Virus record (IMG/VR): IMGVR_UViG_3300017691_000003
Span: 1 to 41,262 of that record
Reading direction: 5' to 3' (one strand)
DNA: 41,262 nucleotides
From: a virus
In this document: positions 8,199-16,825 of the stretch, piece by piece
Layout: each line of letters begins with the position of its first letter
Position numbering within the stretch: position 1 is the stretch's first letter
Program-made: the position numbers and the translations under genes
The notes under the pieces: model-generated
Seen by the model: the letters and a program-made list of their open reading frames with translations, nothing else
Told to the model about the DNA's origin: nothing
The model's database searches: none

Positions 8199-10715
8199 TC
8201 ACTGCGCCGGGAGAAGAACAGGCGTGGCCCCGGCGAGCAGCGGCGCACCGAATATACCGCCACGAATCGCCCGGTTCTGTACGCGACGGCCAAGGTTGAT
8301 CGCCACCTGAGGACGATCGAGCAGCCCGCGCACTAGCAGGTTCTGCCCGGCGCGTGATCCACCTGCTGCTAGCAATGCCGCAGTTGCCAGACCCGCCCCG
8401 GCACCATAACTGGCACCTTCACCGTCGCCAGTCGCGTAACCAGCGCCGCCGCCAAGACCTGCAAGCCCAAGTCCACCAGCTACAACCGCTCGACCCGCCG
8501 TGCCGCTATCAGGGACAGCGTTGGGAAGCACATCCTGACCGGCGCGAGTGAGGTTGAAGAACGGCTGCCTGGTAGTACCCTGACTGTTGCCGAACCGCTT
8601 GGCATTTGCCGCCGCCGCGTCGGAAAGCTGCGACGGGGCAAAGGTGCCGGTTTCCCCAACGCGAGTGCCGTTGCGAGCACGATTCACCGCGTCTTTCAGC
8701 ACTTGGGTTCCACGGTAAGCTTGGTCGGCGCGCCCTAGAGCGGGAAGAACGTCGGGAGCTTGGCGATTAACCAGCCCGCGCATTGCATCCTCCGCCCCCG
8801 TCACCGACCGGCCGACGAGGTTGCCCATCGCATCGTTGCCGAAGTCCGCTCCACGCGTCTGCTGAATGAAGTCCTGAACCGTTGCGCCATCGAAGGTCGG
8901 TTGAGCGGTAAGCGGGTCCAGATCGGATCGCGCCCACGCTTCGAACTCAGGCCCGACGCGCGGAACACCAGCCCCCTGATTGATGGCAGCATTGTAGTCG
9001 GCGGTGAACTGCGGATCGCGAGTAACCGACACACCATTCAGAGCAGTATCGTACCCCTGCCGCGTCGCAGCCTGAGCCGCGTCAATTCCGGCCTCACCCG
9101 TAACCCCGCCGGTGTTCGCGCCGATCGGAGAAAGCGCCTCATTGAACGCAGCGCGGTTAAAACCCTGCATTCCCTCCAGACGACGAGCGTTCACCACATC
9201 GCCGATCACAGGAAGGCCGGACAGGCGATCCTCTACGCCCTTCAGCGCACCGCCGGTTGCCTGTCCCGCCGTCAAAGGTACACCGGCAGCGCGGAGCCCC
9301 TGTACGTTGGCGTTCTGTACACCGGTCAGCGTGCCGCCGATGCCACGAGCTGCCGCACGACCAGCAACACCGCCGCCAACGCCAAGTGCCCCACCTAGCG
9401 CTGCTCCACCAAGGCGGCTCTGTCCGTCATCAGCCGAACCTGCGCCATAGGCAGCACCGTAGAGCGCGTCCCCCGCCAGCGCGGCACGACCAGCGGAAAG
9501 GCCAGCCGCTCCTAGCCCGATCTCAGCACCGCCAGCCGCTAGCGCGCCACCCGTAATTGACCCGAGCAGCGAAGCCGTGGGGTTCTGCTCACGGGCATAA
9601 TCCATCGCCAAACCGGTCTGCCCGCCAGCGATGTTGTCCAGCGTGCCCGCCGTTACGGCATCGCCCGCCGAGATAGCGTAAGCGCCGAGGGGAGAGGAAG
9701 CCACATCGCCGAGCGCACGGCCTACGCTACCGCGTGTGTCGTCAACCGCAGGCGGGGCGAAGTTGATCGGCCCACGCTTCTCGATGGCACGGACGCCATC
9801 GGCACCAAGCTCCTGATAACCGTTATCACGGAGCAGCTTGTTGATGTCGCTGGCACTCGCGCCACGGTTGTACGCCTGCGACATGCGCTGCGCCATCTTG
9901 ATCCCGGCCGCGTCGATGAACGAACCGCCATCTCCACCGCCACTACCTGGAGCAACACCACCCACACCCGACACGTCATAGCCAGCGGGACCATTCCCAC
10001 CATTTCCGCCGCCGACCACGGCAGCCTGACCGGTGTCGGCCTGATTGTTCTGTCGCTGAGTGCGCTTAACCCCGCCCATTGCATCGGCAAGGTTTTGCAA
10101 CCGTTCAATTTTGGCCTTAACCTGCGCGTTCGTATCCCATGACGTGGGGATATACGGCTCGACGTTGTTGCGAACCTCACCTGGGGTATTCAGCTGCGAA
10201 GCGGTCAGGTTGAGCGCAGGGCCAATCAACGCGCGAGCCGCGTTACCTGCATCGTTTGCAAGTCGGTTAGAATCAGACGGGATGTAATCCTGCAACCCGT
10301 AGATGCCGCTTGTCCGCAACGGCCCCGCTGCGAAAGCCGTCTTGATCGAATTAATGGCATCCTGAAGGTTGGTGTAACGGTTCTTGTCCGCGTTAGCCAA
10401 CGGTGCTTCGTTGCGCGCCTTTTGCAGATTGTACCGAGCGGCTTCAGCATCAGCCTCCGCTTTGCTCGTCTCCGCCGCCGCCAGGCGCGGGGTAAATGGA
10501 GCCTTCGCTGCTTCTATAGCAATTTGCTGTGCCGTACGCTGGTTTCCGAGCTGCGCACCGCCGAGGTCAACCGACTGGCGCGCTGCCTGAACCGGGTTGG
10601 ACGCAACGACGCTGGCCCCGTTCTGTGGCGCAGGCGAAGCAAGGCCGATGACGTTGCCAGCCTCGTCTACGTTCCAGATGTTACCCGCTTCGTCGCGGGC
10701 CTGCTGCTGTGCCAT
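8199..10715 (-). CDS. Large internal virion / DNA-ejection protein (Gly-Ala-rich)
   Basis: 838 aa with long Gly/Ala hydrophobic stretches (GGALAAGGAEIGLGAAGLSAG; VVAGGLGLAGLGGGAG). Follows the lytic transglycosylase at a TAATG junction. Confidence 0.6.
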   Translation of the reverse strand: MAQQQARDEAGNIWNVDEAGNVIGLASPAPQNGASVVASNPVQAARQSVDLGGAQLGNQRTAQQIAIEAAKAPFTPRLAAAETSKAEADAEAARYNLQKARNEAPLANADKNRYTNLQDAINSIKTAFAAGPLRTSGIYGLQDYIPSDSNRLANDAGNAARALIGPALNLTASQLNTPGEVRNNVEPYIPTSWDTNAQVKAKIERLQNLADAMGGVKRTQRQNNQADTGQAAVVGGGNGGNGPAGYDVSGVGGVAPGSGGGDGGSFIDAAGIKMAQRMSQAYNRGASASDINKLLRDNGYQELGADGVRAIEKRGPINFAPPAVDDTRGSVGRALGDVASSPLGAYAISAGDAVTAGTLDNIAGGQTGLAMDYAREQNPTASLLGSITGGALAAGGAEIGLGAAGLSAGRAALAGDALYGAAYGAGSADDGQSRLGGAALGGALGVGGGVAGRAAARGIGGTLTGVQNANVQGLRAAGVPLTAGQATGGALKGVEDRLSGLPVIGDVVNARRLEGMQGFNRAAFNEALSPIGANTGGVTGEAGIDAAQAATRQGYDTALNGVSVTRDPQFTADYNAAINQGAGVPRVGPEFEAWARSDLDPLTAQPTFDGATVQDFIQQTRGADFGNDAMGNLVGRSVTGAEDAMRGLVNRQAPDVLPALGRADQAYRGTQVLKDAVNRARNGTRVGETGTFAPSQLSDAAAANAKRFGNSQGTTRQPFFNLTRAGQDVLPNAVPDSGTAGRAVVAGGLGLAGLGGGAGYATGDGEGASYGAGAGLATAALLAAGGSRAGQNLLVRGLLDRPQVAINLGRRVQNRAIRGGIFGAPLLAGATPVLLPAQ

Positions 10716-11101
10716 TATACCCCCAACCGGCGAAGGATGTTGTCTGCGTAGGCGTTCGTCTTTCTACCCCACAAACGGCGGTTAGGTCCACCGTGGTAAT
10801 AGCGGAGAGCATCGGCGACATTGCCCGTTTTAGACAATGCTTCCTCCAGATACCCCTGACCAATCGCGCGCTGGTAGTTTGCCGCGTTCTCGTCTCGACC
10901 ACGCATCAGGTCATCACGGTAGGGCACGCCCAAACGCTTCGCCACGCCCTTGGCGGTATCGGGAAGAACTTGGGTAAGGCCGTTCGCCTGCCCGTAGCGG
11001 GTTTGTGGGCCAGCCACGCCTACACGACCCCCGCTTTCCTGCTGGATGAGGTGGGGGAGGATTTCATCGGAGCGGAAAGCTACGCGCCCCGAGGGACGCA
11101 C
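10715..11101 (-). CDS. Virion-associated lytic transglycosylase (SLT domain)
   Basis: LIQQESGGRVGV...GLTQVLPDTA...YYHGG are SLT catalytic-Glu and following motifs. The only possible start is GTG 11101 (in-frame TAG two codons upstream). It overlaps the upstream gene by 38 nt. Confidence 0.75.
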   Translation of the reverse strand: MRPSGRVAFRSDEILPHLIQQESGGRVGVAGPQTRYGQANGLTQVLPDTAKGVAKRLGVPYRDDLMRGRDENAANYQRAIGQGYLEEALSKTGNVADALRYYHGGPNRRLWGRKTNAYADNILRRLGV

Positions 11102-11630
11102 CTCCTACAGGCGTCAGCTTGCCTACTGGAGCAGAAGGAGGAGCGGCGGGCGCGCCGAACGACGGCTGTACCCATCGACCACCGCCAGCGCCGTCAGACA
11201 CGAACGTCGGGGCGGGATTAGCCTGCGTCTGTGCGCGCTGACGGTAAAGCGCCTTCCCCTCAGCCGACTGCGGATCAATCCCGGCATTGCGGAGCGTCGT
11301 GGTGAATGCGTCGTCCTGAGCGGGACCGGCGTGTTCGGCCTTATACTGTTCCTTGCGCTGCCAATCGGTATAGTCGTCCGCCCGTCGCTGCTGAAGCTGC
11401 TGCGTCTCATACGCTTGAGCCTGGCGCTGCTGCAATCCGGGGAGGTACGTGCCACGACCGCCACCGATCTGCGACAGCGTATCGCCGATAGTACCGATGA
11501 TGAGGTTTGCCGTTGACGGCTTCTTGTACGTCGGGACCACCGCGTCACGCTGAACCGGTCCGGCACCCTCCGCCGAGCGATCCATCATTGGCGCGCCGAA
11601 CAACCCGCGCTGAGTAGAAAACGCTGCCAT
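11064..11630 (-). CDS. Internal virion protein (188 aa)
   Basis: Start set to ATG 11630 (GGAGG 5 nt upstream; 1-nt spacer after the upstream TAA stop). Gln/Ala/Pro-rich. The N-terminus carries RGLFGAPM. Confidence 0.6.
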   Translation of the reverse strand: MAAFSTQRGLFGAPMMDRSAEGAGPVQRDAVVPTYKKPSTANLIIGTIGDTLSQIGGGRGTYLPGLQQRQAQAYETQQLQQRRADDYTDWQRKEQYKAEHAGPAQDDAFTTTLRNAGIDPQSAEGKALYRQRAQTQANPAPTFVSDGAGGGRWVQPSFGAPAAPPSAPVGKLTPVGGASLGARSFPLR

Positions 11631-11631
11631 A

Positions 11632-12303
11632 TTAACCTCCACCCCCCGCGTATGCCTGTGCCGCGTTGCCTGCCATCTGAGCTAGAATTAGACCCAATCC
11701 CGGCGAGGACTTTTGAGTGGTGTTGGTATACTGACCCAAAAGCCCACCGATGCCTGAACCAGCACCGACCGCCGACTGGACCGGGGCCTGCTGCGCTTGG
11801 AGAATATCCTGAATGGCCGTCAGCGGGAGATACTGCGCCGCCGCAAGCCCCCCAGCGCCCGCCGCCGCCTGTCCCATGCGTGTCCGCTCGTTCGAATAGT
11901 CGGCGTAACGGAGGTTGTTCTCATTCTGGGCAAGGTTGCGCGTGATGATGTCGCCGAACGCCGAACCACCCGTCAGGCCGCGCGTGCCGAGCGATGCCGC
12001 CAGCCCATTGCGCACCCCATCATTCGTGTTGCCGATCTGCGTTTCAAGGTAGGGATTGCCCGCATCCAGATACTTGCCCGACAGCACGTCCTGATTGTAC
12101 CCGCTCGCCGCGTTGACGTTGGGATCGCCATTCTGGAACTGGCTCACCAAGTTAGGCACAAGCCCCCCGAGTTGATCGCTGATAGCGCTGATCTTCGGTG
12201 CCTGCGCTCCGTATGCGGAATTAATGTTACCAGCCGCCCCTTCTACCTGTCCCGAATAAACAGGCTTTGACGTTGCCTTCGACTTTGTCGACGAGAATCC
12301 CAC
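11632..12303 (-). CDS. Internal virion protein (223 aa, Gly/Ala/Asn/Gln-rich)
   Basis: ORF in the operon frame. Low-complexity composition like podovirus ejection proteins. Confidence 0.55.
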   Translation of the reverse strand: MGFSSTKSKATSKPVYSGQVEGAAGNINSAYGAQAPKISAISDQLGGLVPNLVSQFQNGDPNVNAASGYNQDVLSGKYLDAGNPYLETQIGNTNDGVRNGLAASLGTRGLTGGSAFGDIITRNLAQNENNLRYADYSNERTRMGQAAAGAGGLAAAQYLPLTAIQDILQAQQAPVQSAVGAGSGIGGLLGQYTNTTQKSSPGLGLILAQMAGNAAQAYAGGGG

Positions 12304-12305
12304 GG

Positions 12306-12680
12306 TTACAATTCCTTCCGCAATTCTGTCTGATGCAGGCGGTATCCGCTTTCCTTTAGCACACGCGACCAGCCTTCGCGAGATGCTATTGCAGCGAACG
12401 TCACACCGTTACCTTTGGCCCATTCTTCCGACTCGGCAATCAACGGAAGGATGGCGTTCAATGTCCCCGCTGCCACAAGTCCATGCAGCTCGGTCGCACC
12501 TGCCGGGTATCGCTTCACTGCCACGACGATAACAGCCTCAGGCGAAGCGAACACACGCGCGTCACCATTGGCGATCATCACGTCCAGCCAGTCGATCGTG
12601 TAGCAACGCTCGTCCAACATTCCCCGGATAGTCGAACGCCGCGATTGATACTCCGACCAATGCTCCGGTGGGAACGTCAT
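12306..12680 (-). CDS. GNAT-like acetyltransferase-fold protein inside the virion module
   Basis: 124 aa. ELHGLVAAGTLNAILPLIAESEEWAKGNGVTFAAIASREGWSRVLKESGYRL matches the beta4-alpha3 through alpha4 pattern of small phage GNATs (by eye). Start ATG 12680 via ATGA junction. The track's N-terminal extension is rejected. Confidence 0.5.
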   Translation of the reverse strand: MTFPPEHWSEYQSRRSTIRGMLDERCYTIDWLDVMIANGDARVFASPEAVIVVAVKRYPAGATELHGLVAAGTLNAILPLIAESEEWAKGNGVTFAAIASREGWSRVLKESGYRLHQTELRKEL

Positions 12681-12832
12681 GGCACGTTCTGCCACTGTTC
12701 GCCGTCGAACCATTGCAGATTGCCGCCCTGATAGCGGACGTTGCCCATTTGAGGTGCAATCAGGTAGTTGATGGCATTGGCGACCAGCCGGGGCCAATCA
12801 AGCCGCTTGGCATCGACAGGGACCGGCTTCAT
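12677..12832 (-). CDS. 51-aa ORF between nozzle-like gene and GNAT
   Basis: Hand translation: MKPVPVDAKRLDWPRLVANAINYLIAPQMGNVRYQGGNLQWFDGEQWQNVP*. ATGA junctions at both ends. Confidence 0.45.
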   Translation of the reverse strand: MKPVPVDAKRLDWPRLVANAINYLIAPQMGNVRYQGGNLQWFDGEQWQNVP

Positions 12833-14268
12833 CGCACCCCCCCCTTGTCATAGTCGCAGTCTAGTCCGGTAGCGTAGGACCACGGCGTTCCCGCTGCGAT
12901 CTTGGTGGTAATGGCCATGTACCGTCCGCGCGCACGGATAGGCACCCGCCCGCTGGTCTGGATAGCACCCGACGTAACCACACCCATCGGCCCGCCCATC
13001 TGCTGACGTGCATCGATCGTCACCGTAATCCCGCTAGCCGCATCCGACATCGGCACCACCGAACGCACCCGTGCGACCGCCGGATCGGCCAACGCCTGCC
13101 ACCCGATGGAGATGGTCGCCGCCAGGTTGGGACCGGAGAACGCACCGATGCGGCTTTGCCGGTCAACGATGTACAGCCGAGGGTCGCCGCCCTGAAACCG
13201 TGGATCGTCCAGCGAGTAAGGCATCGTGTCGAGGTTCGGGTAAACTGCTGCCACGTCCTCTAGCGTAAGGCTGTTCTCATACCCGGCGAACATGCCAAGG
13301 AACGGAACCTCGATCGTGGAAGCGCGATCGATAACCCAATTGTAGACCCAAATGCGACCAGGCGTGCCTGGAATACCCCACAGCACCAACGACCGCTTGG
13401 GATCGACGGCAGCCCAGATTTTCTCATAGTCGTCGGGACCAATGGAATCGCGAAATGCCTGATCGAACTTCTCATTGCCGATCGGCTTCAGCGACTGCCC
13501 ATCCTCTAGTGCCATAAAGCCACGGTCTGACAGGAAAAAGATCGTGCGGCCTGCCTGTGCAATGCTACCCGCCGATGCACAGCCGAAGTTAGGCGTGATC
13601 TCGCTGAAGCTGAACGGGGCGGTTGCGTCACCTGTGCGCTCCATGCGAACGAGGCGGAAGCGTTGCAGGATGACGCCGTATTCGCCGCCTGCAATGCCTT
13701 TGATTTCGCCGCCAGTCAGCATCGGTTGGAAGCCGGACTGATCGACCCCCGCCGTCCACTTGGTGTGATCGTTGAAGCCCGACCATTTGACGAGCAGCTT
13801 ATCCCCGCCAGCCTGCGTGATGACGACGTAATCCCCGACCACTGCAACGCCATTGGCGGAGGGGCAGTTGGTGAGGTCGCTGGCAACGCCTGTCGTCAGA
13901 TTGATCTGCTTGGTCGTTACCCCGTTGACCGCAACGACGAAATTGCCGAACTGAGCGAACCGCCAGCGGCCGGGAACGGTCAGCCCTGTAGCGAGCGTCG
14001 TCCACGTTCCGGCGGAGTAGCGATGCAGCCCCGTAGCCGAACCTGCGATCAGGTAGATTACGCCATCGGTCGAGATGAATGCGCCAGCTCCACGGAATTC
14101 CGCCGGAAGCGCCGTGCTGATGTTGGCGAACGACTTAACCGGGCGATAGTTGGTCGCACCAGACTGAGCGTCTACCGATGCGGGCAGCACGTTAATAGCC
14201 GCTGTCGCTACGCCAACCGGGTCACGATCGGGCAGAAATGGCGGGTACATGATGCGCTTGGTTGACAT
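12829..14268 (-). CDS. Tail nozzle / tubular-type structural protein
   Basis: 479 aa directly after the adaptor-like gene. Repetitive beta-rich sequence. Start taken as ATG 14268 (the track used TTG 14271). Function is inferred from position only. Confidence 0.45.
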   Translation of the reverse strand: MSTKRIMYPPFLPDRDPVGVATAAINVLPASVDAQSGATNYRPVKSFANISTALPAEFRGAGAFISTDGVIYLIAGSATGLHRYSAGTWTTLATGLTVPGRWRFAQFGNFVVAVNGVTTKQINLTTGVASDLTNCPSANGVAVVGDYVVITQAGGDKLLVKWSGFNDHTKWTAGVDQSGFQPMLTGGEIKGIAGGEYGVILQRFRLVRMERTGDATAPFSFSEITPNFGCASAGSIAQAGRTIFFLSDRGFMALEDGQSLKPIGNEKFDQAFRDSIGPDDYEKIWAAVDPKRSLVLWGIPGTPGRIWVYNWVIDRASTIEVPFLGMFAGYENSLTLEDVAAVYPNLDTMPYSLDDPRFQGGDPRLYIVDRQSRIGAFSGPNLAATISIGWQALADPAVARVRSVVPMSDAASGITVTIDARQQMGGPMGVVTSGAIQTSGRVPIRARGRYMAITTKIAAGTPWSYATGLDCDYDKGGVR

Positions 14269-14425
14269 CAACTATCGGTCATCGCATTGTTGGCGGGCTG
14301 CGGCAGGGCGGATGATCGCTCAATGGTGAAGGCGGGTACTGCACACCCCGTCATCCAGTCTACATTACCGGGCCTATGTGGGTTAGCACATAAACGCCAG
14401 TTGTCGGAAAATCCGACCCGCAGCA

Positions 14426-15085
14426 TCACATCCGCACCCTACGGCTAACCTGACGCACACCCTGCGGGGTAAGCGGAGCAGCACCCCAACGTGCCGCCAG
14501 CGACGCGACTTTGATCGCGGCAATCAACGCTTCTACTTCCTGCGCCGCCTGTACCATGCCCTCCTGATCGCGTTCACGACGAGCGAGGTGGTAGAGCACC
14601 CCGGCGACGTACAGGTCGGGATGCTTGCGGAGAAGCCAGTTGGACTGCCTGGCGTCGGACAGCGGCTCAATCTGGCGATAGTAGGCCATCTCCAGCCCGG
14701 CAGCGTCGCTCGGACTGATACGGATCGTGTTGCCCTCGATCGAGTAACCAAACGCCGGGCCGGCCCTGCCCCCATAGGTATTCGTAACACTAGCAGGCGA
14801 AAGGCTGGTGAGCGTCTGATCGGGCGATCCCTCCACGAATAGCGAGCGCATTTCGAGGAAGTCGAGCGGAAGCGGAGTGAGGTCGCCAGCCGTGGTAAAC
14901 GTCGTGCGCGTTTCCATCTCGGGCGTACGCAGCACCCGGTTGAACTGCGCTTCGGCCTTACGCAATGCCCGGTCGATGGCGTCACGCGAGTAAGCCGCGT
15001 CGTCCATCATGTCGCGAATCTCGGCGATCAGGTCGCTGTACGTCGCGATGCTGCCGGGTGCGTATAGGCCGATTGCGATGGACAC
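14426..15085 (-). CDS. Head-to-tail adaptor protein
   Basis: 219 aa. The C-terminal SNWLLRKHPDLYVAGVLYHLARRE pattern is seen in podovirus adaptor proteins. GTG start overlaps the upstream TAG by 1 nt. Confidence 0.55.
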   Translation of the reverse strand: MSIAIGLYAPGSIATYSDLIAEIRDMMDDAAYSRDAIDRALRKAEAQFNRVLRTPEMETRTTFTTAGDLTPLPLDFLEMRSLFVEGSPDQTLTSLSPASVTNTYGGRAGPAFGYSIEGNTIRISPSDAAGLEMAYYRQIEPLSDARQSNWLLRKHPDLYVAGVLYHLARRERDQEGMVQAAQEVEALIAAIKVASLAARWGAAPLTPQGVRQVSRRVRM

Positions 15086-15591
15086 TACTGGCTCACCTTA
15101 TAAACCGCTATCGGAACGGACACCTGCGCTCCCAAAGCCAGGGTAGGCACGAGGACACCGACGTTGACCGTGTTGGCCGCAGACACGTATATATCCTGAA
15201 CGCTGCCATTGGTAGGCACGCCAGTAAGCGTCACGATCAACCGATCACCGACCGCAGCACCTGTCATCGTGAGGCTGTACCGACGCACCCCCAGCGATAC
15301 CGCTAAGCCAATCGTCTCGGCAATCGTGGTCGCACCGACCAGAACGAGCGGCGCTGGCGGGAACTTGATGAACTCGCCGTCGAGGTAAGCCTTGGCCAGT
15401 GCGGCAGTGGCAAACGTCGCCCCGGCCTTGGTCGCGTACTCCCCGAATTCGAGATTTGCGACCATCATTCCGCTAAGGGTCGTGATCTGGACTCGCGTTC
15501 CCGAGATTGCCGCTAGAAGCGAGCGCGACGGGTAAGGCTCGCGGCCCTCCACGTACAGAGAACCCGTATCGTAGAATACCCGCGTGCTCAT
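15085..15591 (-). CDS. Hypothetical structural protein
   Basis: 168-aa ORF in the head-tail module, coupled to its neighbours. Confidence 0.55.
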   Translation of the reverse strand: MSTRVFYDTGSLYVEGREPYPSRSLLAAISGTRVQITTLSGMMVANLEFGEYATKAGATFATAALAKAYLDGEFIKFPPAPLVLVGATTIAETIGLAVSLGVRRYSLTMTGAAVGDRLIVTLTGVPTNGSVQDIYVSAANTVNVGVLVPTLALGAQVSVPIAVYKVSQ

Positions 15592-16091
15592 GCGTCGTAC
15601 CCCGTTGGATAGAAGATGGGGCTGAACTCGCGGAGCGTAGCGTTGACCGTGCAGGTAAGCATGATCTTCGCCCCGACCGCTGCCAGACGAGTACCAACCG
15701 CGATCTTGCTCCCCGTCGTCAGCCCTTCCTCCTCGCCGACGTTCGATGTCAGCGCGAGCGATTCGGCGGCGATGATAAAGGCATTGTCGGCGGTCATCAG
15801 CTGAATCCGCAGGACGCCCCCGATCTTGTCGCTGACAATCCGCACCGCTGCCGACACGTCGAACGTATCATGCTGCGCGCGAGCCTTAATCAGCTTCGTG
15901 GTGTTGTCCCAGAACGCAAAATTCGACCAAGGCGGGTTGAGGCGGGTGCGCGTGGGATTGGGCTGTAGGTCGCGCGATAGCTGAACCGTCTGCCCCGCCA
16001 GCAAGGTCAGGTAATTGCCGGCAGGATAATCGTTGTCGGTATAGTCGATGTACCCGCCACCGACGCGTGCTGGCGAACTGATCTCAGCCAC
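15588..16091 (-). CDS. Hypothetical structural protein
   Basis: 167-aa ORF, 4-nt overlap with the downstream gene. Confidence 0.55.
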   Translation of the reverse strand: MAEISSPARVGGGYIDYTDNDYPAGNYLTLLAGQTVQLSRDLQPNPTRTRLNPPWSNFAFWDNTTKLIKARAQHDTFDVSAAVRIVSDKIGGVLRIQLMTADNAFIIAAESLALTSNVGEEEGLTTGSKIAVGTRLAAVGAKIMLTCTVNATLREFSPIFYPTGYDA

Positions 16092-16093
16092 CG

Positions 16094-16489
16094 CTAAAAC
16101 TCCGTCGCGGTGTATGCCGAACTAGCGGCAGACGCGATGACACTGATGGCGTTCGTTGTGCGAATGTTGATCGAGCCGCCTGCCGGGACGGTGTACGTCC
16201 CAGGCGACCCAATCGCCGCCGTGTTGCCGAACTCGTTGATGCCGAGGTTGTTGGCACTGATGTTCTGGATGTTTAGCCCCTTACGCAAGGTATTGGCTGG
16301 GGCTAGCGTGGTGCTGGTCGTACCAGCCGTCCCGCTGCGATCGGTGCCCGCACTAAGCGTCCCAGACGGCGTGCCAGCGGCGTCTTCGGTCGCGATCCGA
16401 AGCGCGCCGCGCTGCGTAAGGCTGAATCGGGACTGCTGCCCGTCAACCAGCGTAAGGGGAGTCGTCCTGTAAATACCGTGGTCACTCAT
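16094..16489 (-). CDS. Hypothetical structural protein
   Basis: 131-aa Thr/Ala/Gly/Ser-rich ORF in the operon frame. Confidence 0.5.
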   Translation of the reverse strand: MSDHGIYRTTPLTLVDGQQSRFSLTQRGALRIATEDAAGTPSGTLSAGTDRSGTAGTTSTTLAPANTLRKGLNIQNISANNLGINEFGNTAAIGSPGTYTVPAGGSINIRTTNAISVIASAASSAYTATEF

Positions 16490-16498
16490 CGCACAACC

Positions 16499-16825
16499 TC
16501 AGATGATAAAGTTACGGACCCGAAGGTAACGATAGTCAGGATGGTTCAGCAGCTTGCGTACGCCATCCTTGTGAGCAGGATTCCACATTTCCACACCGAA
16601 CTTGTGCGCCCATTCGTACATGACGACGGTCGGCACCGAAGCGGCGTGCCACATCTCGGAACGCTTGTCCCACGACTCGTTCTGAGCGTCTTTGTTCGCG
16701 TCAATGAGGGAAGACGTGTCCTGCTCGTATCGAACATTCCACGTCCCCCCATCATCGTCGGACGACGAGAACCAGGTCTTTAGGCCCGTTGCCGGGTCGT
16801 AATCGAGAAGGCGCTCGTCAGTCAC
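16499..16825 (-). CDS. Hypothetical protein
   Basis: 108-aa Trp/Asp-rich ORF, immediately adjacent to the upstream gene's stop. Confidence 0.55.
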   Translation of the reverse strand: MTDERLLDYDPATGLKTWFSSSDDDGGTWNVRYEQDTSSLIDANKDAQNESWDKRSEMWHAASVPTVVMYEWAHKFGVEMWNPAHKDGVRKLLNHPDYRYLRVRNFII

